Shown: positions 30,089 to 40,385, numbered from the stretch's first letter. The stretch is 64,000 nt of DNA from an uncultured bacterium (GCA_937928085.1 CALFVU010000002.1:4314-68313); one strand, 5' to 3'. Numbers and translations: made by a program. Notes: generated by a model from the letters alone, not told the origin.

Positions 30089-32179
30089 TTATTGGATCCA
30101 TAGGTTTTTAAGTTCTAAATATTTTTCTTGTTTTGGCCAAACAATATTATTTTTTTCTAAATAACGTGTAAATTGATATAAATGTTTTATAATATGATCC
30201 ATTTCAATAGCTATTGATTGATTTTCATTAGCAATATTTACAAAATCAATTTCTTTGTCAATTCTAAACAAATATTTTTGTTTGCTATGAAAATAATGAT
30301 AAGCAATATATGGATAATAAATCATACCGATTATATCTGTATTGGATCCTCCTGCAAAAAAAGCAAAAGGATGATAATTTTTTAACTCTTCTTTAGAAGT
30401 TAAATCTCTACCTATAGCACTATAAAGGGTATTTCCGCCGCTTAAGGATAATAGTGTAGGTAAGATATCTAATTGGCTACTGGTTTCATAAAAGATTTGA
30501 TTTCGAAATAAAGGTGAATAAACTAAAAAAGGAATTTGCCTATCTTCTAAATAATTAAGATTCGTATGATGGGTATGATCCGCTACTAAAAGTAAAATTG
30601 TATTTTTGATGAATTTTGATTTTTCTATTTTTTTGATAAATTCTCCCAAAGCATAATCTGCATAATAATAAGAATTTTTGAATTTATGTTCGATATCAGT
30701 AGGGGGGAAGATTTCGAATTTTGGATCTGGAACTGTATACGGATGGTGGTTATTTGAAGTAAAAATCATCATAAAAAAAGGTTCTTGAATTTGATTCATC
30801 ATTGTAAAAGCTAGGTCATAAAGATCTTCATCAAAAAAGCCCATAGCCCAACTCTTTGTATATCGTTTTGTTTTTTTCATTTCTTCTTTACCAATTAAGA
30901 TTTCGAAACCTAAGTGAGGTAGAGCGGTTTTTAAATTATCAAATTCTAAATCTCCACTATGTAAAAAAATTGTTTGATAACCTTTTTCTCTTAACAAAAT
31001 TGGTAAACTACCAAACTGATTAAAAATTTGATTCGATCGAAAAATTGTCCTTCCTGCTCGATCGGGAAGACCTGTCAAAATACAAAAAATGCCATTTGCA
31101 CTTCTACCACCGGACGCATAAAAATTTTTAAAAAATACTCCTTTTTCGATAAGTTGGTTTAGATTAGGAGTTACTTCTTCAGGGTAATGATAAATCTTTA
31201 AAAATTTAGCACTCCAAGATTCTAATACAATCAAAACAAAATTATACTTTTTTTCTGGTGTATTCGAATCTATTGTTTTAAACTCTGGAAATAAAATTTT
31301 TTTTGGTTTTTTATATCGAAGAAGAGGATAAACATCAGAAATATAAGGATCTTGATTTTTTAAAAATTCCCTTGAAAATTGTATGTTTGCTTCTGTAGAA
31401 AAAAAGTTTTGAAAGTCTTTTGTATCAAAAGAATCATGTATAATCGTAAAAATTCCATTTAATTTAAGATGATTGATAAAATTAGACTTATGTGTGAGAG
31501 CATCTGCAGGACGAATTGGATTTTGTTGCAACCCGCCTCTTAGAAATATAATACTTAATACAAGATAAATCGGAAAAATATGCAAATCGCTTATTTTATA
31601 GTTTAGTTTTTGATTATAAATCTTGGAGTAAAGCAGGATAAGCATAAAAAGACCAAAACTGATCCATAAAACTATAAAACTGAATATAAAAATTGTAAGA
31701 AAGGGATTTTTTGAATAAATACTTTTAATAAAAATTGGTAAATCTTTAAAATAAGCGTAGTATTCCCATCCTAAAAATTTTTGATTTACTCCGTAATTTA
31801 GAATACTAGAAAAATTACTTAGAAGTAAATAAAGAAAATAAATCCACTCAAAAAAAAATAAAATTAAGCAAAGAAATTGATAAACATGAAAACTGATTCT
31901 TTTTAAACCATACAAAATAAAATAAAGAAACAATAAAAAGTGATATATAAACAAAAAAATTGGTACAACAGCAAAATCAAATCGTAATCCAAAAATAAAA
32001 GCAAAAAGAATATCAAAAATAGAAAAAGAACTGACTGTTTTACTTTCGTGGTAATAGAGTAAAAAAAATAAAAATCTTTTGATTTCAAGAGAAACAAGAA
32101 CGACTAAATAACTATAAATAATATTTTTATATAAATGTTTTATATGTGTGGGGAAAATCAAAAATGCAATGCTTTGCAT
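30089..32179 (-). CDS. LtaS-type sulfatase-fold transferase (phosphoglycerol/phosphoethanolamine transferase-like)
   Basis: Multi-TM N-terminal region followed by an alkaline-phosphatase-superfamily domain (VLIVLESWSAKF, LVADHTHH). Confidence 0.8.
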   Translation of the reverse strand: MQSIAFLIFPTHIKHLYKNIIYSYLVVLVSLEIKRFLFFLLYYHESKTVSSFSIFDILFAFIFGLRFDFAVVPIFLFIYHFLLFLYFILYGLKRISFHVYQFLCLILFFFEWIYFLYLLLSNFSSILNYGVNQKFLGWEYYAYFKDLPIFIKSIYSKNPFLTIFIFSFIVLWISFGLFMLILLYSKIYNQKLNYKISDLHIFPIYLVLSIIFLRGGLQQNPIRPADALTHKSNFINHLKLNGIFTIIHDSFDTKDFQNFFSTEANIQFSREFLKNQDPYISDVYPLLRYKKPKKILFPEFKTIDSNTPEKKYNFVLIVLESWSAKFLKIYHYPEEVTPNLNQLIEKGVFFKNFYASGGRSANGIFCILTGLPDRAGRTIFRSNQIFNQFGSLPILLREKGYQTIFLHSGDLEFDNLKTALPHLGFEILIGKEEMKKTKRYTKSWAMGFFDEDLYDLAFTMMNQIQEPFFMMIFTSNNHHPYTVPDPKFEIFPPTDIEHKFKNSYYYADYALGEFIKKIEKSKFIKNTILLLVADHTHHTNLNYLEDRQIPFLVYSPLFRNQIFYETSSQLDILPTLLSLSGGNTLYSAIGRDLTSKEELKNYHPFAFFAGGSNTDIIGMIYYPYIAYHYFHSKQKYLFRIDKEIDFVNIANENQSIAIEMDHIIKHLYQFTRYLEKNNIVWPKQEKYLELKNLWIQ

Positions 32180-32262
32180 CTAGTTCAAAAAAAAATTTCT
32201 TATTTTGATCGTCTATTTAATTCTTGATTTTATTTTTCTTACAAAAAACCTGACATCTCTTT

Positions 32263-33273
32263 ATGAAGTTGAATGAAAATTCTAAATTTGATGTATATGG
32301 TGTAGGAAATGCAATTGTAGATCTTTTAGTTTTTGTGGATGATATTTTTTTAAATGAAATTTCTTTAAAAAAAGGTCATATGACTTTATCTACTTCAAAA
32401 GAACAAGCATTCCTTTTGAAACTACTAGAAAATCAAAAAATCCAGATGGTAGCGGGAGGTTCGGCTGCAAATACAATGGCAACGATAGCAAATGTAGGAG
32501 GAAAAGTGTTTTATGTGGGAAAAATCGCAAAGGATCCTTATGGAGAATTTTACAGATTGAATCTTTTAGAAGAAGGAGTCCATTTTGATGTTCATCCTGT
32601 TTCCGAAACAAGAGGTTCAACGGCAACTTGTGTTGTGCTCATTACTCCAGATGCTGAACGAACTATGTCAACTCATCTGGGAGCTTCGATCTTGCTTTCG
32701 AAGCAAGATATTTCAGAAGAAACCATTCAACAATCAAAAATCGTTTATATTGAAGGCTATTTATGGCTAAATCAAAATACACGAGAAGCAGCAAAAAAAA
32801 CGATAGAGATCGCAAAGCAACATAAAATACCTGTAAGTGTTACTTTTTCTGATCCTTTTGTTGTAAAGCAATTTCGAGAAGAATTTTATTTTTATGCAAG
32901 AAATGAAGATTTTCAGATTTTATTTATGAATGCAGAAGAAGCTATTTCCTTTACAGAAACAAAAAATTTACAAAATGCTTTAGATTTTTTAAAAAATTTT
33001 CATAATATTATTTATGTGACTAATAATAAACACGGTGCTTTTGTTATAGAAAATCATCAAGTTTATGAAGTTTCGGGTTTTCCTGTACGTGCTATAGATT
33101 CTACAGGAGCTGGTGATGCATTTGCTGGAGGAGTGCTATATGGTTTAACCCATCAATATAATACAAAACAATCTGCAAGAATAGGTAATTTTTTAGCATC
33201 AGAAATTGTTCAAATTCAAGGTGCTCGATTCAAAAAAAGCTATAAAGAAATGATCGAATCGATCGCTAAATGA
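32263..33273 (+). CDS. PfkB-family kinase (adenosine kinase-like)
   Basis: GGSAANT and DSTGAGDAFAGG motifs. Confidence 0.85.
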   Translation: MKLNENSKFDVYGVGNAIVDLLVFVDDIFLNEISLKKGHMTLSTSKEQAFLLKLLENQKIQMVAGGSAANTMATIANVGGKVFYVGKIAKDPYGEFYRLNLLEEGVHFDVHPVSETRGSTATCVVLITPDAERTMSTHLGASILLSKQDISEETIQQSKIVYIEGYLWLNQNTREAAKKTIEIAKQHKIPVSVTFSDPFVVKQFREEFYFYARNEDFQILFMNAEEAISFTETKNLQNALDFLKNFHNIIYVTNNKHGAFVIENHQVYEVSGFPVRAIDSTGAGDAFAGGVLYGLTHQYNTKQSARIGNFLASEIVQIQGARFKKSYKEMIESIAK

Positions 33274-34409
33274 TCAGAGTGATTCATTTAAATCCTACAA
33301 AGACTTGGAGGGGAGGAGAACAACAAACTTTATATTTAGCAAAGTATTTACAAAAGAAACATGTTTTACAATGGGTGGTGGGGAGTCCAAATTCTATACT
33401 ACAGAATCAATGTCGAATACATCAAATTCCTTATAAAGCAATTCGTATTTTTGGAGAAGTTGATGTATTTTCTGCTTATCAATTAGCAAAATTGATTATA
33501 GATAATCAGATCTCAATCTTACATTGTCATACAGCAAAAGCTCATTCAATAGGACTTTTGGCAAAAAAAATTGTAAAGAGAAAAAAAAAGAAACTAATTT
33601 TAGTGGTATCTAGAAGAGTAGATTTTTCTTTAAAAAAAGTAAATTTTCAATTGTGGAATTTTTTTTCGAAAGTTAAATATTTTTCTAAAGATATTGACGC
33701 TTATATAGCTATTTCTCAAAATGTAAAAAGAATCTTACAAAACGATGGTATCCCCGAGGAAAAAATTTTTGTTATTTATTCTGGAATTGATTTAAATCGC
33801 TTTAAAAAAAATACAAAAGATTCTATCATAAAACTAAAAAAAGAATTCGGAATACAAAATGAAATTGTATTTGGTAATGTAGCTGCTTTAGTAGATCATA
33901 AAGATCACAAAACTTTACTTCAAAGCATTGCTTTATTAAAACAATATCAAGGTTTGCCTGATTGGAAATTGATTATTGTAGGTGATGGACCTTTGTTTAA
34001 AGAATTACTGAATTTAGCAAAAAAGCTTGATATTTTTGATAAACTTGTTTTTGCTGGTTTTCGTAAAGATGTATTTGATTTTTATTACATTTTTGATGTT
34101 TTTGTAATCAGCTCAAAAGAAGAAGGCTTAGGTACTTCTTTACTCGATGCTATGGCTTTTGGCCTTCCGATTATTGCAACTAGTGGGGGAGGTATACCTG
34201 AAATTGTAATCCATAATTCAGGGGGATTGCTTTCTCCAGTACAAGATCCTTATCGATTAGCAGAAAATTGTGCTTATTTTTTACAACATCCCCAATTAAA
34301 AAAAAAGTTTTCTCAATTTAATCGAAATCATGTAAAACAATTTTCGTATGAAAATACCGGAAAAAAAACCTTAGAATTGTATCATCATTTGTTAAAATTT
34401 TATGATTGA
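33270..34409 (+). CDS. glycosyltransferase family 4
   Basis: GT-B C-terminal motif EGLGTSLLDAMAFGLPIIAT. ATGA overlap with the kinase gene. Confidence 0.85.
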   Translation: MIRVIHLNPTKTWRGGEQQTLYLAKYLQKKHVLQWVVGSPNSILQNQCRIHQIPYKAIRIFGEVDVFSAYQLAKLIIDNQISILHCHTAKAHSIGLLAKKIVKRKKKKLILVVSRRVDFSLKKVNFQLWNFFSKVKYFSKDIDAYIAISQNVKRILQNDGIPEEKIFVIYSGIDLNRFKKNTKDSIIKLKKEFGIQNEIVFGNVAALVDHKDHKTLLQSIALLKQYQGLPDWKLIIVGDGPLFKELLNLAKKLDIFDKLVFAGFRKDVFDFYYIFDVFVISSKEEGLGTSLLDAMAFGLPIIATSGGGIPEIVIHNSGGLLSPVQDPYRLAENCAYFLQHPQLKKKFSQFNRNHVKQFSYENTGKKTLELYHHLLKFYD

Positions 34410-35647
34410 GATTGATGATCTTTATAGATTAAGTAATGTCTTAAGATTTTTTCAATTCCCACTTTATGGATTCGATTCATATCTTTATGGAATCGAATAG
34501 CCCAATCATATAAAATCCTTCTATCTTTTGTTTTAAGGTGTTTTAAATTGCCTTCGAAAAGCATTTCTAACTTTTTTCGAGAATGGTAATGTACCTTTTC
34601 CTGAATTTCTTTTAACACTGGCGCTGCTATAGAAGTAATCCAGTTGCTTTCGATTTTGTATAAAGAATCTTGTAAAGCTGTATATGAATTTTCTACTGCT
34701 TTTTCTCTTCTTTTTTTATTATTTTCTAATTGCTGTTTTATATATTGAAGATCAATTTTCTTCACATTCTGCAATTCATTTTCTTCTAATTGGATGTTTT
34801 CGGGAAAAGACAAATCTAATAAAACTAAATTTTTATAATTGATATTCTCTATAGTACTTTTTTTTAGAATAGGTTCTTTTGCAGATGTTGCTGTAATAAT
34901 TGCACTGATAGGATCTAAAAATGTTTTCTGAAAACTTTCTTGATCTAAAAATTCTTGTAAAGAAATTGTAGGTATTTTTAAAAGATTCGCTTCCTCTTGA
35001 ATTTTCTCTAAACTTCGATTAACCCATAAAATCTTTCTTCCTCCCCATTTTTTTATATATTCAATACAGGTTCTACCCATTTTCCCAGCGCCTATTACTA
35101 CAATCAACCCTTCTTGAGCTGAAAAGCCTCCTAATTTTTCTTCTAAAATTCGAATTCCTAAAGAAGCAATAGATAGAGGAATGTTTGCAGGAATTTCTTT
35201 ACGTATTATTTTACTTTCTTTGAATATATTTTGGAATAATTGTTTCATCAGAGAGTCTAATTTATTATTTTCAAAACTTATTTTTACAGCTTCTTTTAAT
35301 TGGTATCGAATTTCTGTTTCGCCTACTACCATTGACTCCAAGCCAGAAGCTAATTTTAATAAATGCATCACTACAGGCCTACCAGTGATATGTTGAGGTT
35401 TAATAATAAGATCTGGAAAGCTTTCTACAATATAATGATAAAAATCCAAATGTTGTTCAAAGTTTTGGATTTTATAAATGATTTCTACACGATTACAAGT
35501 GGAAAGAAAAACAAAACCATTAATTGTATAGGGGGAGCTATCAATAATTGAAGATACAAGTTCAAAATTTAAAGATTTCCAAGGAGCTAATAATTCTAAA
35601 CTATCTACCATTTCATGACTGATTTTAATCACACCTAAACGGTTCAT
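34400..35647 (-). CDS. hemA: glutamyl-tRNA reductase
   Basis: FLSTCNRVEIIY active-site Cys motif and GAGKMG NADPH loop. GAGGGG SD 6 nt before the ATG. Confidence 0.92.
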   Translation of the reverse strand: MNRLGVIKISHEMVDSLELLAPWKSLNFELVSSIIDSSPYTINGFVFLSTCNRVEIIYKIQNFEQHLDFYHYIVESFPDLIIKPQHITGRPVVMHLLKLASGLESMVVGETEIRYQLKEAVKISFENNKLDSLMKQLFQNIFKESKIIRKEIPANIPLSIASLGIRILEEKLGGFSAQEGLIVVIGAGKMGRTCIEYIKKWGGRKILWVNRSLEKIQEEANLLKIPTISLQEFLDQESFQKTFLDPISAIITATSAKEPILKKSTIENINYKNLVLLDLSFPENIQLEENELQNVKKIDLQYIKQQLENNKKRREKAVENSYTALQDSLYKIESNWITSIAAPVLKEIQEKVHYHSRKKLEMLFEGNLKHLKTKDRRILYDWAIRFHKDMNRIHKVGIEKILRHYLIYKDHQSQS

Positions 35648-35671
35648 TGTAATCCCCTCTTTAACAAAAAA

Positions 35672-35702
35672 ATTATATCAAGTTTTATTTAAAAGTTGTC
35701 AA
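35672..35702 (-). promoter_or_regulatory. hemA promoter: TTGACA, 19-nt spacer, extended -10 TGATATAAT
   Basis: The minus strand reads TTGACA (35702..35697) and TGATATAAT (35680..35672), followed by GAGGGG (35659..35654) 6 nt before ATG 35647. Confidence 0.45.
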
Positions 35703-35752
35703 AAAATTGTCATTAAAACAAATTTTAGAAAAGATTGAGATTCAATATCAAA

Positions 35753-36883
35753 TTATTTTATATAACTCACTACAGAATCATAAAAATATCTAGTAAATTT
35801 TTCCGCACCATATCGGTTTAGATGTATTGTATCGTAATAATAGTCTAAATTTTGATCATCATCTAATACAACTTGTAAATTCAGAATATAAATTTCTTTA
35901 GAAATTTTTTGTATACTCTGGATCCAAAAATCAGTTTTTTCTTTTTTTCTTAAATGTTTCATAAATTTAGAATAAGGTGGGAAAACTACTATCAAAATTT
36001 TTTGATTTTGTAATGCAACTTTATATAAATTTGTTAATCGAACAAAAAAAAGATTTTCCCATGTTGATTTTCCCGGCTCTAAAGATGGATCGTATTCTGC
36101 AATTTTACAAGTATCTAACACTGCTTTTCTATGGGGTTCATCTGTAATTTGAATATTGTCTTTATAAAAAGGAATTCCATAAAATGCGTTTTTTTTGCAT
36201 TCTTCTAATGTATTTCCATATGCAGAAATAGCATAATTTGTAGTATTCACATAACTATAATCGGGATGTTGATATTTCTTACTTCTTGTAATACTTTTGA
36301 ATCTTTGAAAAGGATTTAAAATAAAATCTCTTAAATCGTTTTGATATGTAAATAATTTCATATAAAAAAATCGATAGTCTTCAAAGGAAATTTTATATAA
36401 ATTTTTTCTAAGTAAATCTATGGTTTCTTCAATGGAGAATTGAGCAAGCATAGAACGGTTCGAGAGTTCTAATTCATATCGTTGTTGCCATGGTAAGTCA
36501 AGTTCTGCAAAATGTATAATATACTGGATAGAGTCTTTTTTTTGTAAAGCGTAGTTTAATAGTAAAGTTTGAGTATCCAGAAAAGCACCTTGTGTAGCAA
36601 CACTTTGAAACATAATTGTTTTTCCCCGTCCATATTGATTTAACTGATCTAAAAGGATCCCTTGATAAGGGACAGAGGTTCCCACAATTAAAACTTTTGG
36701 ATGAATTTTTGAAGTTTGTATAAGCTTTTGTATTCTGATAATGTTTGCTGCATACGACATAGGTTTTAAAAGACTTTTATAAATTTGTGTTCTTAAAAAT
36801 ATTTCTAAAACGATTACAACACTAATAGGAATCACTATAAGTGGGTTTCTTAAGAACTTAAAAAGCTCTTTTAAATACAACAT
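35753..36883 (-). CDS. membrane-anchored SGNH/DltD-like protein (resembles the Leptospira DUF1574 family)
   Basis: N-terminal TM segment, block-I-like LIVGTSVPYQG and C-terminal DTIHL (DxxH). Paralogous architecture to 59883..61046. Confidence 0.6.
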   Translation of the reverse strand: MLYLKELFKFLRNPLIVIPISVVIVLEIFLRTQIYKSLLKPMSYAANIIRIQKLIQTSKIHPKVLIVGTSVPYQGILLDQLNQYGRGKTIMFQSVATQGAFLDTQTLLLNYALQKKDSIQYIIHFAELDLPWQQRYELELSNRSMLAQFSIEETIDLLRKNLYKISFEDYRFFYMKLFTYQNDLRDFILNPFQRFKSITRSKKYQHPDYSYVNTTNYAISAYGNTLEECKKNAFYGIPFYKDNIQITDEPHRKAVLDTCKIAEYDPSLEPGKSTWENLFFVRLTNLYKVALQNQKILIVVFPPYSKFMKHLRKKEKTDFWIQSIQKISKEIYILNLQVVLDDDQNLDYYYDTIHLNRYGAEKFTRYFYDSVVSYIK

Positions 36884-37005
36884 ATAAATTTCAGGCTTAT
36901 GTGGATGTAGCTACAGTCAAACTAAAAAAATCTTTACATAGAAACGAATGTAAAAATTATTCATTTAATCTAAAATAATGAATCCATAATAAGCTTTAAG
37001 GTTTT

Positions 37006-37983
37006 ATGATTGATAAAAATTCAAAAATATTAATTACAGGGGCAGGTGGAAGCATAGGCTCTGGCTTAGTATATAAACTTAAAGAATTAGAATTTGAGCA
37101 TTTATTTTTATTAGATCATTCTGAATATCTACTATTTCAGATCAATCAAAGAAATCAAAATCGGTTTATAAGTTTTCTTGCAGATATACGAGACAAAGAA
37201 AGATTAGAAGAAATTTTTTTGTTAACAAAACCTGATGTGGTATTCCATACAGCTGCTCTTAAACACGTACCACTTTTAGAAGATCATCCCCGAGAAGCGA
37301 TCAAAACAAATGTATTAGGAACATTGAATTTAGTGGAGTTATCTCATAAATATTCTGTCAAAAAATTTATTTTTATTTCCTCAGATAAAGCGGTAAGACC
37401 TACAAGCATTATGGGATCTACTAAACGAATTGGAGAGATGATTTGTCAATACTATCAAAAACTGTCCAATACAATTTTTACGGCTGTTCGGTTTGGAAAT
37501 GTATTAGGTTCTTCGGGTAGCGTAATTCCAATTTTTAAAGAACAAATCGAAAAGGGAGGTCCAGTAACCGTTACGAGTAAAGAAATTACAAGATTTTTTA
37601 TGTCTATCGATCAAGCTTGCGAACTTCTTATAAAAACAATGTATATTTCAACTAAACAAGATGATGTTTTCTTCTTAAATATGGGAGAACCAATCCGAAT
37701 TTATGATTTAGCAAAATTTATGATTTTGTCTTCTGGAAAAATGCCAGAAAAAGACATAGAAATACAAATTACTGGATTAAGGCCTGGCGAAAAATTACAC
37801 GAAGAGATTTATTACGAAGAAGAATCTACAATTTCCACTTCTATTGAAGGAATTCAGAAAGTGATTTTAAATGGAATAACAGAGAACTTTTATTCTTTAT
37901 TAATGGAGTTAATCGAAATTAAGGACCCTTCTGAAATTAAAAAATTTTTTCAAAAATTTATACCTGAATCTTTAATCTCTTAA
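37006..37983 (+). CDS. CapD/PseB-type nucleotide-sugar 4,6-dehydratase (Polysacc_synt_2 SDR)
   Basis: ITGAGGSIGS Rossmann loop, HTAALKHVP and SSDKAVRPTSIMGSTKRIGE motifs. Confidence 0.85.
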   Translation: MIDKNSKILITGAGGSIGSGLVYKLKELEFEHLFLLDHSEYLLFQINQRNQNRFISFLADIRDKERLEEIFLLTKPDVVFHTAALKHVPLLEDHPREAIKTNVLGTLNLVELSHKYSVKKFIFISSDKAVRPTSIMGSTKRIGEMICQYYQKLSNTIFTAVRFGNVLGSSGSVIPIFKEQIEKGGPVTVTSKEITRFFMSIDQACELLIKTMYISTKQDDVFFLNMGEPIRIYDLAKFMILSSGKMPEKDIEIQITGLRPGEKLHEEIYYEEESTISTSIEGIQKVILNGITENFYSLLMELIEIKDPSEIKKFFQKFIPESLIS

Positions 37984-38045
37984 AAAATTCTTTACCAAAT
38001 ATATTTCTAGAATTTTGATGGCTTAGAGGCGTTAAAGGAGTTTAT

Positions 38046-38366
38046 ATGCTAAAAAAACAGATAAAAATTTTCTTTGTTTTGGGATTGATTTTGATCTCAT
38101 TTTGTAAAAAACAAGAAGATGAAAAATTACAATTTGTTGATGTTTGTCAAAAAGTAGTACAATGTGATAAAAATTTAAAACAATTTGGAGATGTACAAAA
38201 ACATTGCGAAAGTTTATTAAAAGGTATAGAAAAAAATGATCCTTCGTCTTTAAAATCAATTCTAGAATGTATTCAAAAAACGAATTGTGATGAGCTAAGT
38301 TTATTAAACTGCACTGAACCTTATATCAAAGAGTTACAAACAAAAAAACCAGGAATGAATCCATAA
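38046..38366 (+). CDS. small Cys-rich putative lipoprotein
   Basis: AAGGAG SD, signal peptide ending LILISFC (lipobox-like) and six further Cys residues in 86 mature residues. Confidence 0.6.
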   Translation: MLKKQIKIFFVLGLILISFCKKQEDEKLQFVDVCQKVVQCDKNLKQFGDVQKHCESLLKGIEKNDPSSLKSILECIQKTNCDELSLLNCTEPYIKELQTKKPGMNP

Positions 38367-38368
38367 TT

Positions 38369-39520
38369 CTATGTTTCATATTTACTTAATAATTGGATGA
38401 TTTTTATTGCGGAGGAATTGTAATCAAAAAGAGATAGATTTTTATTTTTAATGTGTTTACTATATTTTACAACGTTTCTTTTTTCAGAGAAAAATAATAT
38501 TTTTTCTTTCCATAGTAACGTATCCATTGGATCTTCTATAAAAAAAATTCCTTCTAAATGTTTTCCAATTTCTTCAAAAATTTGAATTTTCGAAAGTATT
38601 TGTATTTTTTTAAAATATGCAGCCTCTAAAATTTGCAGCCCGAATCCTTCGTAAACACTAGGATAAAAAAATACAGAACAATTTTTGTAGAGCCAATAAA
38701 GCTCTTCTAATTTTGGTGAAGAGAAAAAAAATATATTGTTACTTTTTAATTCATTATTGCATAATTTTTGTAATAGTGGAGTCATTTTCCAACCAGGTTT
38801 TCCAGCTATAATTAAAGAAGGTAAGTAACTAAATTCTTTTTGTGCATCTAAATAAGATTTAATAAGCGTTTCGAAGTTTTTTCTTGGTTCAATAGTCCCC
38901 ACTGCTAAATAAAAGTGATATTCGTTTGGTATGGAAAAATACAATGGCTTCTTTGTTTTGGGTGGTTTGATGATACCCGGATAAACAACTTCTAACTTTT
39001 TTTGTAAATTTGTTATGTCTTCTTGAAAATGCTTTAAGAGTAGATTTTGGGTAGTATAAGATAAACAAAGGATTGTGTCAGCATTCTTTAGAGAATTTTT
39101 TGTGAATATTTTTAAATAAATATTTTCCCAATATTTCATTGTTTTTGGAAACATCCAAGCATTTAAGTCATGTATGTTTAATAAACAAGGAATATTGATT
39201 CTTTTTTTAAAATCAAAAGGTAAAAGAAACAATGTACTCCAGAATACATCAATTTTATGTTTTCTTAAAATGTTAGGTAAATATAAATGTAGCCAAACAG
39301 GACCTATAGTGCTACGTACCGAACTACAACTATGAATATGAAGTTCAGTATTTTCCCTTATAATTTCTTCGTATTCTTTATGAATACTTTTATGACTATA
39401 AAGTTTCCATTTCCAATGTTTCGGAGAAGAGTTAAGAACTTCCTTTAAAAGATAAAAAAGAAAATTTGCATTCCCCGTACCGGGATAAATTAAGGGTCTT
39501 ACATCAACACCTATATTCAT
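38369..39520 (-). CDS. glycosyltransferase family 4
   Basis: GT-B motif EGFGLQILEAAYF. ATG 39520 gives the typical MNIGVDVRPL start. The track start is TTG 39529. Confidence 0.8.
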   Translation of the reverse strand: MNIGVDVRPLIYPGTGNANFLFYLLKEVLNSSPKHWKWKLYSHKSIHKEYEEIIRENTELHIHSCSSVRSTIGPVWLHLYLPNILRKHKIDVFWSTLFLLPFDFKKRINIPCLLNIHDLNAWMFPKTMKYWENIYLKIFTKNSLKNADTILCLSYTTQNLLLKHFQEDITNLQKKLEVVYPGIIKPPKTKKPLYFSIPNEYHFYLAVGTIEPRKNFETLIKSYLDAQKEFSYLPSLIIAGKPGWKMTPLLQKLCNNELKSNNIFFFSSPKLEELYWLYKNCSVFFYPSVYEGFGLQILEAAYFKKIQILSKIQIFEEIGKHLEGIFFIEDPMDTLLWKEKILFFSEKRNVVKYSKHIKNKNLSLFDYNSSAIKIIQLLSKYET

Positions 39521-39602
39521 AAGTGTCAAATTTTTATTTATATGACTTTTTAAAACAAATAATTATTGAAATCTATCCTTTTTTAAATTCTTTTGCTATA
39601 TA

Positions 39603-40385
39603 ATGAAGCAAAAAAATCATGAAAAAGAAAATAAATTAAGAGAAAGACCTCCATTAGCATTTCAAAATAATAATTTTTTGTTAAGTGAAGAGGCAAGACC
39701 GATTCGAATTTTATCTGAGTATTTGTATCCTTTACAAAAATTTAAAGAATATGGTATAACTGATACAATCATTTTTTTTGGTTCAGCAAGGATTCCCGCA
39801 CCCGAAGATAAAGAAAAATATAAAAATTCAAAAATTTATGATATGATTCAATATTATGAAGATGCAAAAGAACTTGCCAAGAAAATTACAATATGGTCAA
39901 AAAATATTGCAGAAAAATATAAAAGAAGATTTATTATTTGTAGTGGAGGGGGACCGGGGATTATGGAAGCTTCAAACCGAGGTGCTCACGAAGCACAAGG
40001 AATTAGCATTGGGCTCAATATAGAATTACCAAAAGAGCAAATACCGAATCCTTATAGTACTAGAGAATTGACTTTTGACTTCCATTATTTTTTTACAAGA
40101 AAGTTTTGGTTCTTATATTTTGCAAGAAGTTTGATCGCATTCCCCGGTGGTTATGGAACTTTAGATGAACTTTTCGAAACGTTAACTTTACAACAAACAA
40201 AAAATATCAAAAATACCATACCAGTTTTTTTATACGGAAAAGATTTTTGGAAAAAACTAATCAATTTTGATTTTTTGGTAGAATATGAGTTGATTTCGTT
40301 AGAAGACGTACATCTATTTAAAATTGTAGATTCTGTAGAAGAGGCTTATACAGAAATTCTACAAGAGTTAGAAAAAACTCTATGA
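39603..40385 (+). CDS. LOG-family (TIGR00730) nucleotide-binding / nucleoside 5'-monophosphate nucleosidase-like protein
   Basis: GGGPGIMEA and PGGYGTLDE (PGGxGTxxE) motifs. Confidence 0.85.
   Translation: MKQKNHEKENKLRERPPLAFQNNNFLLSEEARPIRILSEYLYPLQKFKEYGITDTIIFFGSARIPAPEDKEKYKNSKIYDMIQYYEDAKELAKKITIWSKNIAEKYKRRFIICSGGGPGIMEASNRGAHEAQGISIGLNIELPKEQIPNPYSTRELTFDFHYFFTRKFWFLYFARSLIAFPGGYGTLDELFETLTLQQTKNIKNTIPVFLYGKDFWKKLINFDFLVEYELISLEDVHLFKIVDSVEEAYTEILQELEKTL

Noticed and set aside
39583-39595. Exact 13-mer TTTAAATTCTTTT shared by the regions upstream of ATG 39603 and ATG 44554
   Set aside because: A rough estimate for this A/T composition gives about one or more chance 13-mer matches among the spacers of the window. 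It is kept only as part of the low-confidence promoter-motif observation and not as a distinct element.
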